DNA from: Candidatus Bathyarchaeota archaeon
Lineage (GTDB): Archaea > Thermoproteota > Bathyarchaeia > Bathyarchaeales > Bathycorpusculaceae
Direction of reading: 5' to 3'
Length of the DNA stretch: 64,000 nt
NCBI GenBank assembly: GCA_963806535.1
Contig: CAWDYC010000003.1
Span: 192,001-256,000 of the forward strand
Below the pieces are notes generated by a model that saw nothing but the letters and a program-made list of their open reading frames with translations, had not been told where the DNA came from and did no database searches. Positions within the stretch are counted from its first letter, which is position 1. Each line of letters begins with the position of its first letter. The translations under genes and the position numbers were made by a program. This document shows, in pieces, positions 10,566-21,601 of the stretch.

Positions 10566-10611
10566 GACAATGCTTTAGAACCAATTCTAGTCGCTAATAC
10601 TTGGTGACAGA

Positions 10612-12649
10612 ATGAGCAAATTATCGACGAGTTTGTTCTTAACGACTTTATTGGTTGTTTCTTTGGTTATGGTTGGAAATGCGCAGTTTGGTGAAGCGCA
10701 GGCCTCAGGCAATAGTGTCAGCGGAATTATTGTTACAGACACTACTTGGAACCAAGCAGGCAGCCCTTATACTTTAATTGGAAATATTTTGGTCAATAAT
10801 GGGGTGACTTTAACTATTCAGTCAGGAACCACGGTGAATATTGGCGGTTATTACTTAATGGTAAACGGCACCCTACAGGCAATCGGAACAAGCACAAACC
10901 CGGTCACTTTCAATAGCAACTCAAGTTATTATTCTGGTTCATCTTCGTCTTCAGGAATTATCATAACCCAATACAGCAAGGGCTGGAACAGCCTAACGTC
11001 GACAGGCACTATAATTCAGTATGCGTTAGTTAATTCGCAATTGACAGTCAGCAATTTGGCAGAATTAGACCAAGATACAATCAATTTTGGCATAAACGTA
11101 CAATCAAACGTAAATGCAATTCAAAATGGAACGGCGATAATTTCAGACAACACAATTAAAGGATCAATTACGGTTGGCAACGCTTTAGGCAGTGCCATTA
11201 TCACAAACAACACTATTTCAGGCGGCGGAATTTCTTTTGGGTCGATGAATGCACCAAGTGTTAAGGTTATTGGCAACACAATATCTGGTTGCGGGACAGG
11301 AATAAGCGTGGGTTGCTGGGGAGGATTCAATAGTTCTACTCAGGTAATCGATAACAACTTGATATTTAACAGCACAATTGGCATCAACCTTGCTGATTGG
11401 GAAGGAGGCGGCCCTGCGGTTGAAAACAATACAATTACCAATAATACAATTGGAATTTGCGTCGCTTATCCTTGGGGAAACAATCAACCAGTACTTAACG
11501 CACCCATAGTATACAACAACCTTGGCGGTAACTCGAAATACGACTTTCAGAATCAGCAGCCGACAACAGTTAACGCAGCATACAATTGGTGGGGAACAAC
11601 CGACACTCAAGCAATAAGCCAAGTAATCTATGACTACTACGACGACTTCAGCATCGGAGTAGTTAATTACGCACCATTCTTGAATGCTTCAAACACCCAA
11701 GCTTCAATTGAGTCGGGACCAACGACCTCTCCAGTCATGCCTAACCCAACCCCGACGCCACAGACACCAATTGTAACACAAACCAACCTTAATGTTACTC
11801 CTAACCCAGTAGGTGTGGGCCAGATAGATGATAAACTTTGGGCTCAACCAATTGCCCCCATTAAGTAACGGCACATACAGCAACGTATGGAGCAACATAA
11901 CCATCGGAATAACCCTTCCAGATGGACAGCATGTAACATTGGGACCGTTTATAACTAATGCGACTGGAAGAGCAGCAGCCGTATACACGCCAACTCAAAT
12001 TGGAAATTTAACTTTTCAAGCATTTTCTTCAGGCGAAATACTTCAAGGATTATTCTACGAACAATCAAGCAGCAATATAGTTACTTTATCAGTGCAACAG
12101 CAACCAATACCAAGCTCTTCCCCTTCACCCACACCCACAACAACTTCTATAGAAAGCAAAAGCCAATCCTCAACTTTACGTGCAACAACTGACAAAGGCG
12201 CAATAGTTGATCTACCCATTAACGGTGACATTAACAGTTCACAGATGTCTAATGTCATTATTGCAACAAATCAGTCAGCAACATCCACAATCATATCGTT
12301 TACCCTAACAGGCCAAAGCGGCACAACGGGATTTAGCAACATAATAATCTCCAAGAACACAATTCCATACGGAAAGATACCTGCGATCTACATTGACAAC
12401 CAATTAGCTTCAAATCAGGGTTACACACAAGACGACAACAACTATTACGTTTGGTATTCGACCCATTTCAGCACGCATCAAGTATCAATTGTTTTCACCG
12501 GAGGCGAACAGGCCACGTACAATGGGTCTCAGTCACAGGCAAGCATCCTTGAAATAGCCTATGGAGTCGCGGCTGGCGCAGCAATTGTTATAGCAATTGT
12601 TGTTGTACTAATGCTGATAATGAAAAGCAAAAAAATCGAGGCATATTAA
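10612..12649 (+). CDS. Secreted beta-helix surface protein with Ig-like region and TM anchor; frameshifted near 11830
   Basis: Paralogous to 1910-3505 (DTTWNQAGSPY, VNGTL, NWWGTTD); ORF 11828-12649 carries the C-terminus. Confidence 0.75.
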
Positions 12650-13017
12650 AAAAGTTTGCCGGATCAAGTCTGACTCGACCTACTTCATTTCAGCGTTGCA
12701 ATTTAATCTTAAGCTTAATGAAATTCAAATACCTAATGATAGTTCGGATCGTGGCGTCTTTTTATTTTTTTTCGGTTTTATCGATCAAAAAGTCAAGAAC
12801 GTTCAGGTTATTCAATAAAAAAAGGATTGTTGAAAATCAGGCCCAAGGTTTCTTGACAGATTTCAGAAATTCAAAAGCCTTTATTCAAACCCAAATTTGC
12901 TATTAGGGTTACATTTGGGTAAATCAATAATAACCTTTTAGCGCAATGGATTTCTGAAAAGCAGGTTTTTCTAATTTTTGAGAATAATTAAAGTAACAAT
13001 TCAAGGAAAAGAGAACA

Positions 13018-14409
13018 ATGATTCAACTCGCAACAAGAAGAAAAACAATTATTACGATTGCAGCGCTCACAGCGATAATTCTTGTTCTTTCCAGTTTTTC
13101 GCCAACAGTTCATTCTCAAACTGGTAGCAACTCTACTATCCCCTGCACAGTAAACACCTATGGAAATGCGTGGGATGGAGCGTTGTCTTTTGATCTTTCA
13201 GGAACCTATGATGCCTTGGTGGTTATGGACACTAACGGAACCGTAATAAACATGCGCGAATCTGGCACCACTTACGGACCAGCATACAACATTGATCCTG
13301 ACATTTTGCTATTCGAAGGTGAACCTCAAGTTAGTGACCCTAACTCTGCCTGGCCAACTTGGGCTACGCATCTATGGAATTTAACTTCAGACACAACTGA
13401 AGACTTTCTTGAGGATCTTAGCGAACATGATATCCAATATGATCCAGTCAACAACACTTTTCTGACTCTCCAAGACTACGTCATGCAAGTCGGAAACAAC
13501 TTGATCCTCACTGACAAAATTGTACAGGTTGACTCAAATGGCAATACACTTTGGACATGGGACATCTATGATCACATACCAATCACAGAGGCCTCTTCAT
13601 ACAATCAAACCGATGTAGTCAATGGACAAACGGTAGAGGATTTCAGCCATGCAAACGATCTCGATTGGAACTACAACGACAACGTCATATACCTTAATTT
13701 ACGAAACACCAACACCTTCTACAAGATTAACCAAACAACGGGAAACATAATTTGGGCTTGCGGTGAATTTGGCAACTTCACGCTTTTGAATGCCAATGAT
13801 AAGCAAGTTTCTAGTTTATGGTATGGTTGTCATGATGTCAAGGAAGTGGCCCCAGATGTCTTCACAATTTTTGATAACGATTATGACAATAATACTAACC
13901 AAAATAATTGTCGCAGCCAGATGATAGAACTGACACTAAATGAAAAAAACATGACCGCTTACGTGAACTGGAGTTGGGAAGCTCCCACGCAATATTGGAA
14001 CGAATATGGAGGCGCGGCCGTAATTCTGCCAAACGGCGATTATTTAGGCGATTTTGGAGATCCAACACACCAATTTCCTCAAAACCAACCTTGGAACTTC
14101 AATAACACGGGAGCAGTTCTGGTTGAAGTGAATCCTGCAGGACAAGTAGTTAGAACATGGACGTTTCCAGTAGGATGGTATAGCTATCGAGTTAACCCAG
14201 TAATCAACCTAGCCTTTGCAGTCACCCCGTCTCCAACTGCATCAGCAAGTCCGACACCGCCAAATACGAATAATTCGCAAACAGTCAACGAAACCATAGC
14301 ACTTGCAACAGTAATCGTTATAATCACAGTCTTTGCCGCCCTAATCTACCTAAGAAAAAGAACTAACCTTATAAAATTGATAAAGAAAAAAGATAGCAGC
14401 CAATCTTAA
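13018..14409 (+). CDS. Aryl-sulfate sulfotransferase (ASST) family protein, membrane-anchored
   Basis: EHDIQY, DFSHANDL, LNLRN, CHDV, FDND motifs; signal peptide and C-terminal TM. Confidence 0.75.
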   Translation: MIQLATRRKTIITIAALTAIILVLSSFSPTVHSQTGSNSTIPCTVNTYGNAWDGALSFDLSGTYDALVVMDTNGTVINMRESGTTYGPAYNIDPDILLFEGEPQVSDPNSAWPTWATHLWNLTSDTTEDFLEDLSEHDIQYDPVNNTFLTLQDYVMQVGNNLILTDKIVQVDSNGNTLWTWDIYDHIPITEASSYNQTDVVNGQTVEDFSHANDLDWNYNDNVIYLNLRNTNTFYKINQTTGNIIWACGEFGNFTLLNANDKQVSSLWYGCHDVKEVAPDVFTIFDNDYDNNTNQNNCRSQMIELTLNEKNMTAYVNWSWEAPTQYWNEYGGAAVILPNGDYLGDFGDPTHQFPQNQPWNFNNTGAVLVEVNPAGQVVRTWTFPVGWYSYRVNPVINLAFAVTPSPTASASPTPPNTNNSQTVNETIALATVIVIITVFAALIYLRKRTNLIKLIKKKDSSQS

Positions 14410-14608
14410 GACATTTCCACAAAAAGCTACATCAAACTTTTCCACAACATCCGAAAGTTTTTAGAGGTAATCATGAAGAAAAATGGGTTCAGTCTTTGGC
14501 AATATTCAAAAAAGGACATTTTCAATCAGCCAAATTTTTATATATAACTTTCTTTAGCGCTAGTATTGATCTTTTCCTAATCTCAAAACGTTTCAAGCAG
14601 GAGGTGAG

Positions 14609-15061
14609 ATGAGAATGTCTGATGAGAAAATGATTCCGCAAAAACCCGTTCTTGAAGTCTTATGTGCTATACAAGGCGCTTTGGGGGAAGAAAATCAGAA
14701 AGTCTTCGCGAAAGCTAGTATGGCGATGGGAAAAGCCTGGGGAAAAACTATTCCTGCAGCCGAAAACTCTGATGCCTTGATGAATCAAATCGCAAAATAC
14801 CTACGTGACGATTTGAAGCTTGCTCAAAGCATAACTGTTGAAAAGCAAGGACAAGAATATATCATGAAAAACCGGGGCTGCTATATTTGTCATGGAAAAA
14901 TGGTAAAAGAAAGATTTGACATTAAACCTGCCTGCGCTATGTCTATGTTTCCAGTAGGTGCGCTTTCAGAAAACCTCAAAATCAGAAACGTCCGCCTAAA
15001 AGAAATTCGTAAGCCAGGCCCAATGGGCGACTGCGACTGGGTCTATGAGATCGGAAATTGA
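14609..15061 (+). CDS. Hypothetical protein, V4R/methanogen-output-domain-like
   Basis: GGAGGTGA RBS; GCYIC...PACAM...GDCDWVY Cys pattern. Confidence 0.5.
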   Translation: MRMSDEKMIPQKPVLEVLCAIQGALGEENQKVFAKASMAMGKAWGKTIPAAENSDALMNQIAKYLRDDLKLAQSITVEKQGQEYIMKNRGCYICHGKMVKERFDIKPACAMSMFPVGALSENLKIRNVRLKEIRKPGPMGDCDWVYEIGN

Positions 15062-15162
15062 CACTCAACGCTTTTTTTATAATGTATTTACCCCCTTATG
15101 AGGTTTAGGTTGGGGGCAAACACTTTGTATTAATAATAAAAAAAAACGGATTGTAAAAACTG

Positions 15163-16404
15163 CTATTTCCGTTTTCTAAGAACTACAACTGCGGCAACAA
15201 TTATTACGACTAAGACAACTATTATGATTGCGTAGTATACGATTGATGGGATACCTGTATTGCTTGATGTACTGTTTGAGGCTTGACCGACCGCGTAAAG
15301 GTTGCCGTCATAAGAGCCAAAGTATGCCACTCCATTAACTACTGCGGTTGATGAGTAGATGTTGCCGCCTGTTTGGTAGCTCCATAGGAAGTCGCCTGTT
15401 TGAGCATTAAGCGCATAGGTCTTGTTATCGAGGGAACTAATGTATTCAACGTTACCGATGATTGCTGGAGCAGTGTAGACTCCACCGCCGGTGGTGTAAT
15501 GCCACTTTGTAGCACCCGTTGATGCATCGAGGGCGTACACGTTGTTGTCGAAGGAGCCGCCTGTGTAAACTATTCCATTAGCGTAGGCTGGGGAATCTTG
15601 GACACATTGTTCGTAGCCAGTTGTAACGTGCCATACTAAGGCTCCAGTATTAGCGTTTAATGCGTAAGTTTGGTTATCAAAGCTGCCTACGTAAAGATTA
15701 CCATTTGCGACTACTGGCGAGGACTCCACAACACTTCCTGTAGTGAAATTCCATTTTTCAACACCTGTTGTAGCATCAAGGGCATAGACTTTGTGGTCAT
15801 ATGAGCCAAAATAAACTATACCATTGGATACGGCAGGAGAAGAGATAACGTAGCCGCCCGTTGTAAACTTCCATATTAATGCGCCATTGTTAGCATTTAA
15901 CGCGTAAAGATTATTGTCATTTGAGCCAACATAAACTACGCCATTAGAGACTGTTGGGGGAGATTCAGCTTTGTTTCCAGTGGTATAATTCCAAATTAAA
16001 ACACCATTTTGTGCGGTTAATGCATAGATGTTGTGGTCATCTGAGGCAATGTAAACTAGATTGTCTGTTACAGCTGGTGAACTGTAAATTGTTCCATGTG
16101 TTGCAAAATCCCATATTTTCGAGCCATTTGTGGCGTTTATTGCATACAAGTTATGATCAAAAGAAGCTACGTAGACAATGTCTTTGGCTACTACTGGGGA
16201 AGACCAGACTGCGTTATTTGTTTTAAAGACCCAAAGAGTTTGATTAGTGGTGGGACCTGACCCAGATGCATAGCCTGTATGTGCTTGGTCGCCGTGGAAC
16301 ATAGCCCAAGAAGCTTCTTGCTGAGCATTAACAGTAATCATGAACATCGAAACTGTAGAAAAACATAAAATAGCCAAAATTAACATACCATAAAATTTCT
16401 TCAT
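15163..16404 (-). CDS. PQQ-like beta-propeller repeat protein, secreted and TM-anchored
   Basis: WAMFHGDQAHTG followed by about eight SSPxVxxGxVYxGSxD repeats. Confidence 0.9.
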   Translation of the reverse strand: MKKFYGMLILAILCFSTVSMFMITVNAQQEASWAMFHGDQAHTGYASGSGPTTNQTLWVFKTNNAVWSSPVVAKDIVYVASFDHNLYAINATNGSKIWDFATHGTIYSSPAVTDNLVYIASDDHNIYALTAQNGVLIWNYTTGNKAESPPTVSNGVVYVGSNDNNLYALNANNGALIWKFTTGGYVISSPAVSNGIVYFGSYDHKVYALDATTGVEKWNFTTGSVVESSPVVANGNLYVGSFDNQTYALNANTGALVWHVTTGYEQCVQDSPAYANGIVYTGGSFDNNVYALDASTGATKWHYTTGGGVYTAPAIIGNVEYISSLDNKTYALNAQTGDFLWSYQTGGNIYSSTAVVNGVAYFGSYDGNLYAVGQASNSTSSNTGIPSIVYYAIIIVVLVVIIVAAVVVLRKRK

Positions 16405-16578
16405 AATAATCCTAACTTATCCTAACTCAATAGTATTTAATAAGCCATTTTGGTCACATATCTCTTGTCCCTAAAGCATCAGGGTTTTTGTAGAATCGAA
16501 TCAAGCTTCTTACTTTCCTATAAAATTTAAAAATAATAAAGTTTAAGAAAACCGCAGGTTGTTCCTATTTCTGGCTGA

Positions 16579-17001
16579 TTGCAAAATATGAAAAAGAAAG
16601 CATTCATATCTGGACCTATTCTAGGCATGGAAACCAATCAAGGTTACAGAGGAACAATAACTGAGATACTGGATAGATTTGGTTTTGATGTAATTGATCC
16701 GTGGAAAAGAGAGAAAATTCTATATCAAGTAGATGAGAGATGCTGGTGGGATAAGGTTCCGACGTTTGACTTTATCCAGAGGGACCTAGACGATGCCGAC
16801 AGATGCGACCTCATGGTTGTTTATCTGCCGATTCTATCTGCTGGAGCTTGCATGGAAATGTTTTACGCAAAACGCAACGGAAAGAAAATCATTGTGATTT
16901 CAGAAATTAAATGTTTGAGCCCATGGATTGTAGCACATTCTGACATAATCGTAAACAGCCTTGACAATCTTGAGGATGCACTAAAGAAGATACAAATCTA
17001 A
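16579..17001 (+). CDS. Nucleoside 2-deoxyribosyltransferase family protein
   Basis: FISGPI, DVIDP, RDLDDADRCDLMV, SAGACMEMFYA. Confidence 0.75.
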   Translation: MQNMKKKAFISGPILGMETNQGYRGTITEILDRFGFDVIDPWKREKILYQVDERCWWDKVPTFDFIQRDLDDADRCDLMVVYLPILSAGACMEMFYAKRNGKKIIVISEIKCLSPWIVAHSDIIVNSLDNLEDALKKIQI

Positions 17002-17011
17002 TCTCAAAAAA

Positions 17012-17209
17012 CTATATTGTTTTTTGATTTATGTCGGTCCACTCGTGACCGCAGTTTTTACATTTGAAAGTAACTCTAATGTTTTCAACATGTATTTCCT
17101 TAACACTACCATGGAAACCGTGTTCTTGAACCTCGTATGCCTCAAGCACCTCTTTTTTCGCCTCCACATCGTCAAACAGTTTTTTGCAAGACGGACATCT
17201 TCTAAACAT
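17012..17209 (-). CDS. Small zinc-ribbon protein
   Basis: CPSC ... CKNCGHEW. Confidence 0.75.
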   Translation of the reverse strand: MFRRCPSCKKLFDDVEAKKEVLEAYEVQEHGFHGSVKEIHVENIRVTFKCKNCGHEWTDINQKTI

Positions 17210-17426
17210 CTTTTAAGCCCACCTCAATCGCTTCAACGTCTCATTAAATATATTTGTGATTATGAAAAGAGATTATAAATTCCTTAAGAAGTTAGTTCAT
17301 GAAAGGTATTGCTTGTTATTCCTTGAAGCGCTTATTGGTGCTTAAGTGTAGTCACATAATTTTAATAGTAATTACAGATGCTAAGTAATTAGTTTCTGAA
17401 ACAGGGTTTGCTTGGAGGTGAACTAT

Positions 17427-17582
17427 TTGTCTGATGAATGTAAAAAGACTGGTCCACGTATAACTGTGCCTGAGCCTGAAATGACTAAAGATAAAAAATA
17501 TAAGTGCCCGATAGACCAGGAGGTTTATGACAACAAAAACGATTATGAAGCGCATTGTAAAGAAGAGCATGATGTACTTTAA
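17427..17582 (+). CDS. Small C2H2-like zinc-finger protein (51 aa, not in the ORF track)
   Basis: GGAGGTGA RBS then TTG; MSDECKKTGPRITVPEPEMTKDKKYKCPIDQEVYDNKNDYEAHCKEEHDVL. Confidence 0.7.
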   Translation: MSDECKKTGPRITVPEPEMTKDKKYKCPIDQEVYDNKNDYEAHCKEEHDVL

Positions 17583-17889
17583 AATGAAAAGAATTGAATA
17601 GCCTTTTGCTTAAGCATACGATACTGTGCAATGAGCTTGTTTTACGTTGTTTGCTTATCTTATGGCTTCATCTATTTTTTGGTCACGTTTAGTTCTCGTG
17701 ACTTCTTTAAAAAGCTCCAAGCACTCTTCCTTGGTCGGTGCTTCAATGCCTATGCTGCCATAAGCGCCTATGTCAATTCTGTATTTTCTGTCTCTCTCTC
17801 TCTATCGTCAATTGATTGTTCCGTAAATCTTCCCCCCCTCTCTCATTATCTTTTCAGACAATGAATGGTTTATCATACGATCTGAGAAT

Positions 17890-18672
17890 TTATAAGGTTA
17901 ATGCCGACTCACCGATACGTTCAACCATTTTTTTTGGGTTAAAAACTATGAACCTAGAGTTTCGCATGTATCTACCTACTTTAGAAACTAGCCCCGCTGC
18001 ATCAGTTCCAAGTTTACAGATCAAAGCATGCTCAAACAACCCCAGTTCTTCAATGCCAATGATGTCTCTGTTTAATCTGGTTCGTTCAAGTACAGTTTCT
18101 ATTTCTCCTTGCGATGCCCCTAAAATAATTAATCTGTCTAGAAGAGACTGTTGCCATAAATGGATTTTTTCAATTTGAGGAGCTGATAATTCAGCGTTCA
18201 AAGCCTCGCTTTCCTCATCGTTTAGGCGAGTCACTTTGATCGTTAATGGTAAATTCTCCTTGAAGCCGAAGATTTCCGAGATTTTTTGTAAATCAATTTT
18301 TTTGCCATCGGTTAATTGAGCTTGTAAATATGCAACGGGTATAGTCGCTTGGATTACTTTTGGTTCAAAAATGCCTAAGTCTATTTTTAATTCTTGAGTT
18401 GCTGTGTCAATTTTTGAGATGTACCCTTTTAAAATAGAAAACTTGTTAACTTTCTTTATGCTTATCGGAGAAGTGCCAATTTTTTTGTTGATATAGCTTG
18501 TTGCAATAACTTCGTCTTCTCCAGAAATGAAAACTTTAACCCAGTTACCAGCAGAATTTCCCAAAACCTTAACGTCAACGCTTAAGTTTTCAAATTCAGA
18601 TTTCAGCAAGTCATCTATTAGCTTTAATTGACGAGCATTAGAAGTTTTAATAAGCAATGTTACGTCGGTCAT
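17890..18672 (-). CDS. DUF2110 family protein
   Basis: Located in the tfe-HD-DUF2110 archaeal cluster; LGLFEHALICKLGTDAAGLV motif. Confidence 0.75.
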   Translation of the reverse strand: MTDVTLLIKTSNARQLKLIDDLLKSEFENLSVDVKVLGNSAGNWVKVFISGEDEVIATSYINKKIGTSPISIKKVNKFSILKGYISKIDTATQELKIDLGIFEPKVIQATIPVAYLQAQLTDGKKIDLQKISEIFGFKENLPLTIKVTRLNDEESEALNAELSAPQIEKIHLWQQSLLDRLIILGASQGEIETVLERTRLNRDIIGIEELGLFEHALICKLGTDAAGLVSKVGRYMRNSRFIVFNPKKMVERIGESALTL

Positions 18673-18673
18673 G

Positions 18674-19198
18674 TTAATTTCCTAACAAATTAGTTATTTC
18701 TTCATGTAGCTTTCTAACTCTTTCCGCCGCTTCGTCCTTGTTCTCCATCTGAAGCTTCTTTATCTCTAACTCAATTGGAACCCGTTTCGACTGGTCAATA
18801 AGCTTATCGGCATATGAAACAATCTTTTCCTCCAACGTGACGGGCACATACACGTCTTTTGGCCAACCAAACGCTTCAGCTTCTTCCGCCGTTATTCCTG
18901 CGCCTACATGGCTCCGAATTATCCTGACCAATGATTCAGGCAAACCTTCAGAAGCAGCCATATTCGCACCTACAACACCGTGGTTAACGCCATGAGCCTT
19001 AGACCGACCAAGATCATGTAAAAGAGCCCCAACTTCAACAAGTTCACGATCCACTTTTAAGCCTTTTTTTTCAATTTTCTCTGCAATTTCGACTGCTAAT
19101 TTTGCAACCACTTCACAGTGGCGGATAACAATTGGCGGACAATGGTTTGCGCGGAGTAGTTCGATCGCTTGCTCCCTTGAAGGAAGCTTATTATTCAC
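18674..19198 (-). CDS. HD-domain phosphohydrolase (TIGR00295-like)
   Basis: HC...GALLHDLGRS...HG...HVGAG...EEKIVSYADK. Confidence 0.9.
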   Translation of the reverse strand: MNNKLPSREQAIELLRANHCPPIVIRHCEVVAKLAVEIAEKIEKKGLKVDRELVEVGALLHDLGRSKAHGVNHGVVGANMAASEGLPESLVRIIRSHVGAGITAEEAEAFGWPKDVYVPVTLEEKIVSYADKLIDQSKRVPIELEIKKLQMENKDEAAERVRKLHEEITNLLGN

Positions 19199-19703
19199 CG
19201 AGCTCTTTCCTCAACGTATCGACTTTCTCAGATAGTTTATCTATCATTTTTTCGTTTTCAAAATGTTCAAGTGGTTTGCTACAGTTGGAACAATGGAAAA
19301 CAAGTTCTACTGCTTCTTCAAATGGCACCCGTTTACATTCTGGGCTACCGCAATAATAGAAGTCATGGTTCTTTTCATATTCTAAGCGAACATTAAGTTT
19401 TTCTAGAACACGCCGTTTTTGACTTAAAATAAATCCTTCCAACTGGTCGGGTTGAAGTTTCCAATGAAAAATAAACCAGCCTGTTTTTGGATCACGAGTC
19501 CTTCTGAGACTTACAAGCGAGTGATCATAGAGCTTGTAAAGAATTTTGCGAACCGTATTTAAGCGAATGCCGGTTTTATTGGCGATTTCGTCGTCAGTTA
19601 TCTCATCCACGCCTTTGAGGTGCTCGATAAGTATGACAGCTTCCTGGTCACCAAGCGCCAAAGCTACTTTCAATAAGGTTGCATCATCAATTGTCGATAA
19701 CAT
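19191..19703 (-). CDS. tfe: Transcription initiation factor E alpha
   Basis: Winged helix TDDEIANKTGIRLNTVRKILYKLY, GWFIFHW, Zn ribbon. Confidence 0.95.
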   Translation of the reverse strand: MLSTIDDATLLKVALALGDQEAVILIEHLKGVDEITDDEIANKTGIRLNTVRKILYKLYDHSLVSLRRTRDPKTGWFIFHWKLQPDQLEGFILSQKRRVLEKLNVRLEYEKNHDFYYCGSPECKRVPFEEAVELVFHCSNCSKPLEHFENEKMIDKLSEKVDTLRKELGE

Positions 19704-19770
19704 AATCTAATATTCCTTTTAATAATACATATTATTGCAACATGGTGTAATAAAACTCTTCTTACAAATG

Positions 19771-20358
19771 TTAACTAAATTCAGGGCTACTTTTAATTTC
19801 TTTACCTCGCTTCTGAGGAACAATTTTGATTTTTGCTTTCTCAAAATCTGACCCTAACTCTTTGCCTTCAAAAAACCTGTCTAAAAATATTGCAAGCGCA
19901 GAACATTCTGAATGCGGTTGATTCCCCACAGACACATTGAAATCAGAGACACCGCTTGAATAAAATTCACCGGGAACTTTCTGACTTCCAACAACAACCA
20001 AAATATCTTTTTTTAAGTTTTTTATTCGGTTTAAAACATCACTTGTTTGAATGTTTTCTCCATAAGCAGTTAAATGGACAACAGCGCCGTTACTTTTTTT
20101 CCAGTCGTGAACAACTTTTTTCCAGGGTGTGCCCATTTCAAATTTGAAGTTTCCACCCCATCGAGTAGTTATCTTATTTACGGTTTGTTCTATACTGGAG
20201 TCTTCCACATCGGAGAGGATGAAGCCTGAAGCGCAAAGTGCCCTTGCAGTTAAGGCTACATGGGTAGTTAACCGGACATCCCGTTGTGGCCTATGTCCCC
20301 ATCTTAAAACAGAAACTTTTGGTAAGTCATTTCTTGGGTTCTGTTTCGAATTTTCCAT
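19771..20358 (-). CDS. trm56: tRNA (cytidine-56-2'-O)-methyltransferase
   Basis: LRWGHRPQRDVRLTTHVALTARA, VGSQKVP, GNQPHSE. Confidence 0.95.
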   Translation of the reverse strand: MENSKQNPRNDLPKVSVLRWGHRPQRDVRLTTHVALTARALCASGFILSDVEDSSIEQTVNKITTRWGGNFKFEMGTPWKKVVHDWKKSNGAVVHLTAYGENIQTSDVLNRIKNLKKDILVVVGSQKVPGEFYSSGVSDFNVSVGNQPHSECSALAIFLDRFFEGKELGSDFEKAKIKIVPQKRGKEIKSSPEFS

Positions 20359-21601
20359 TTAAGTCTTCCACTTTTCTTCTCACTTGCTCACTTAAGTCTA
20401 ATGGCGCTCCAAAGACAACCTCGATTGAATCATTGGTGTAATTTTCTTTTGTGACATCAGTTTTTTCATGAAGCCACGAAATAAAGGGCATACACTTACC
20501 GGTCAACGGAACGGATAACTTTGCTTCAACATAGTTCTCAAGAATTTTCAGAATTTCCTTTTTCAGTAAATCAAGGTTTATTTGGCACTTTGCTGAGATT
20601 AAAATGGGATTTTTCGTTTTCTCTTTCAAATATTCCAATTTCTGTTCACGTTCAACGTCATTTATCAAGTCTATCTTGTTTAGCGCAGTTATGGTTGGTA
20701 TGCCAGACGCGCCTAGACGGTCGATTGTCTCCAAACAAACCTTGTGCTTCATCTCAATTTTTTCCATCGGCTCACTTAAATCTAGCATCAGTATTATCAA
20801 ATCTGAAAAAATAGTTTCTTCAAGAGTAGAATGAAACGCTTCAATCAAAGCTAATGGTAAACGATCAATAAAACCGACAGTGTCGGTTAACAGAAACTTG
20901 CGGTTTGAAAACTCTATCATACGCGTCGTAGTTGAAAGAGTAGTGAATAATGCTTTGTCAACTTCCACAGTTTCTTCGGTTAAAACATTAAATAAAGAGC
21001 TCTTGCCGGACTTTGTATATCCAGCAAGGGAAACGGTCAAAAAACCCAGCTCAGTTCTTCTCTCCCGATGAAGAACTCTTTTTTCTCGAATTTTTTTTAG
21101 CTTTTTTAGGATAGTTTGGACCTGCCGTTTTATGGCATCACGGTAAACATCTGCTTCATAGGCTCCGAGACCCATAAAACCAGGCTGCTCACTTCCTTTT
21201 GCCAGTTTTACTTTTTCTTTCGCATGTTTGAGTTCATTTCGCACAGTTGCCAATTGAATCTGAAGTTGCGCTTCAGTTGTAGTGGCTCTATGGGTAAAAA
21301 TTTCGAGTATAAGTTGAAATCGGTCTATAACTTCGACCTTTGTTGCTTTTGCTAAATTGTATGTTTGGCGAGTTTTTAGATTGTTGTCAAAAATTACTTT
21401 CCCCGCGCCCGTTTCCTCAACCATCTGGGTGAGTTCTTCAACTTTTCCAGCGCCTATTTGGTAGCGTGCATCAGGCGGACGAGTTTGTTCTAAAGTTCCC
21501 ACAACTGTGTAACCAGCAGCTTCGGCTAAACGTTTAAGCTCGTCTAAACTTGACTCTTCACGGTTCAGGCGACGTTGAACTATGACGGCTTTCGTTTCGA
21601 A
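20327..21601 (-). CDS. hflX: GTPase HflX
   Basis: GYTKSGKSSLFN, LFTTLSTT, DTVGFI, NKID. The frame stays open upstream of 21502 (ETKAVIVQRR...LDELKRLAEAAGY) to about 21601 behind a GAGGAGG RBS; start codon unclear. Confidence 0.9.
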   Translation of the reverse strand, partial: FETKAVIVQRRLNREESSLDELKRLAEAAGYTVVGTLEQTRPPDARYQIGAGKVEELTQMVEETGAGKVIFDNNLKTRQTYNLAKATKVEVIDRFQLILEIFTHRATTTEAQLQIQLATVRNELKHAKEKVKLAKGSEQPGFMGLGAYEADVYRDAIKRQVQTILKKLKKIREKRVLHRERRTELGFLTVSLAGYTKSGKSSLFNVLTEETVEVDKALFTTLSTTTRMIEFSNRKFLLTDTVGFIDRLPLALIEAFHSTLEETIFSDLIILMLDLSEPMEKIEMKHKVCLETIDRLGASGIPTITALNKIDLINDVEREQKLEYLKEKTKNPILISAKCQINLDLLKKEILKILENYVEAKLSVPLTGKCMPFISWLHEKTDVTKENYTNDSIEVVFGAPLDLSEQVRRKVEDLNGKFETEPKK

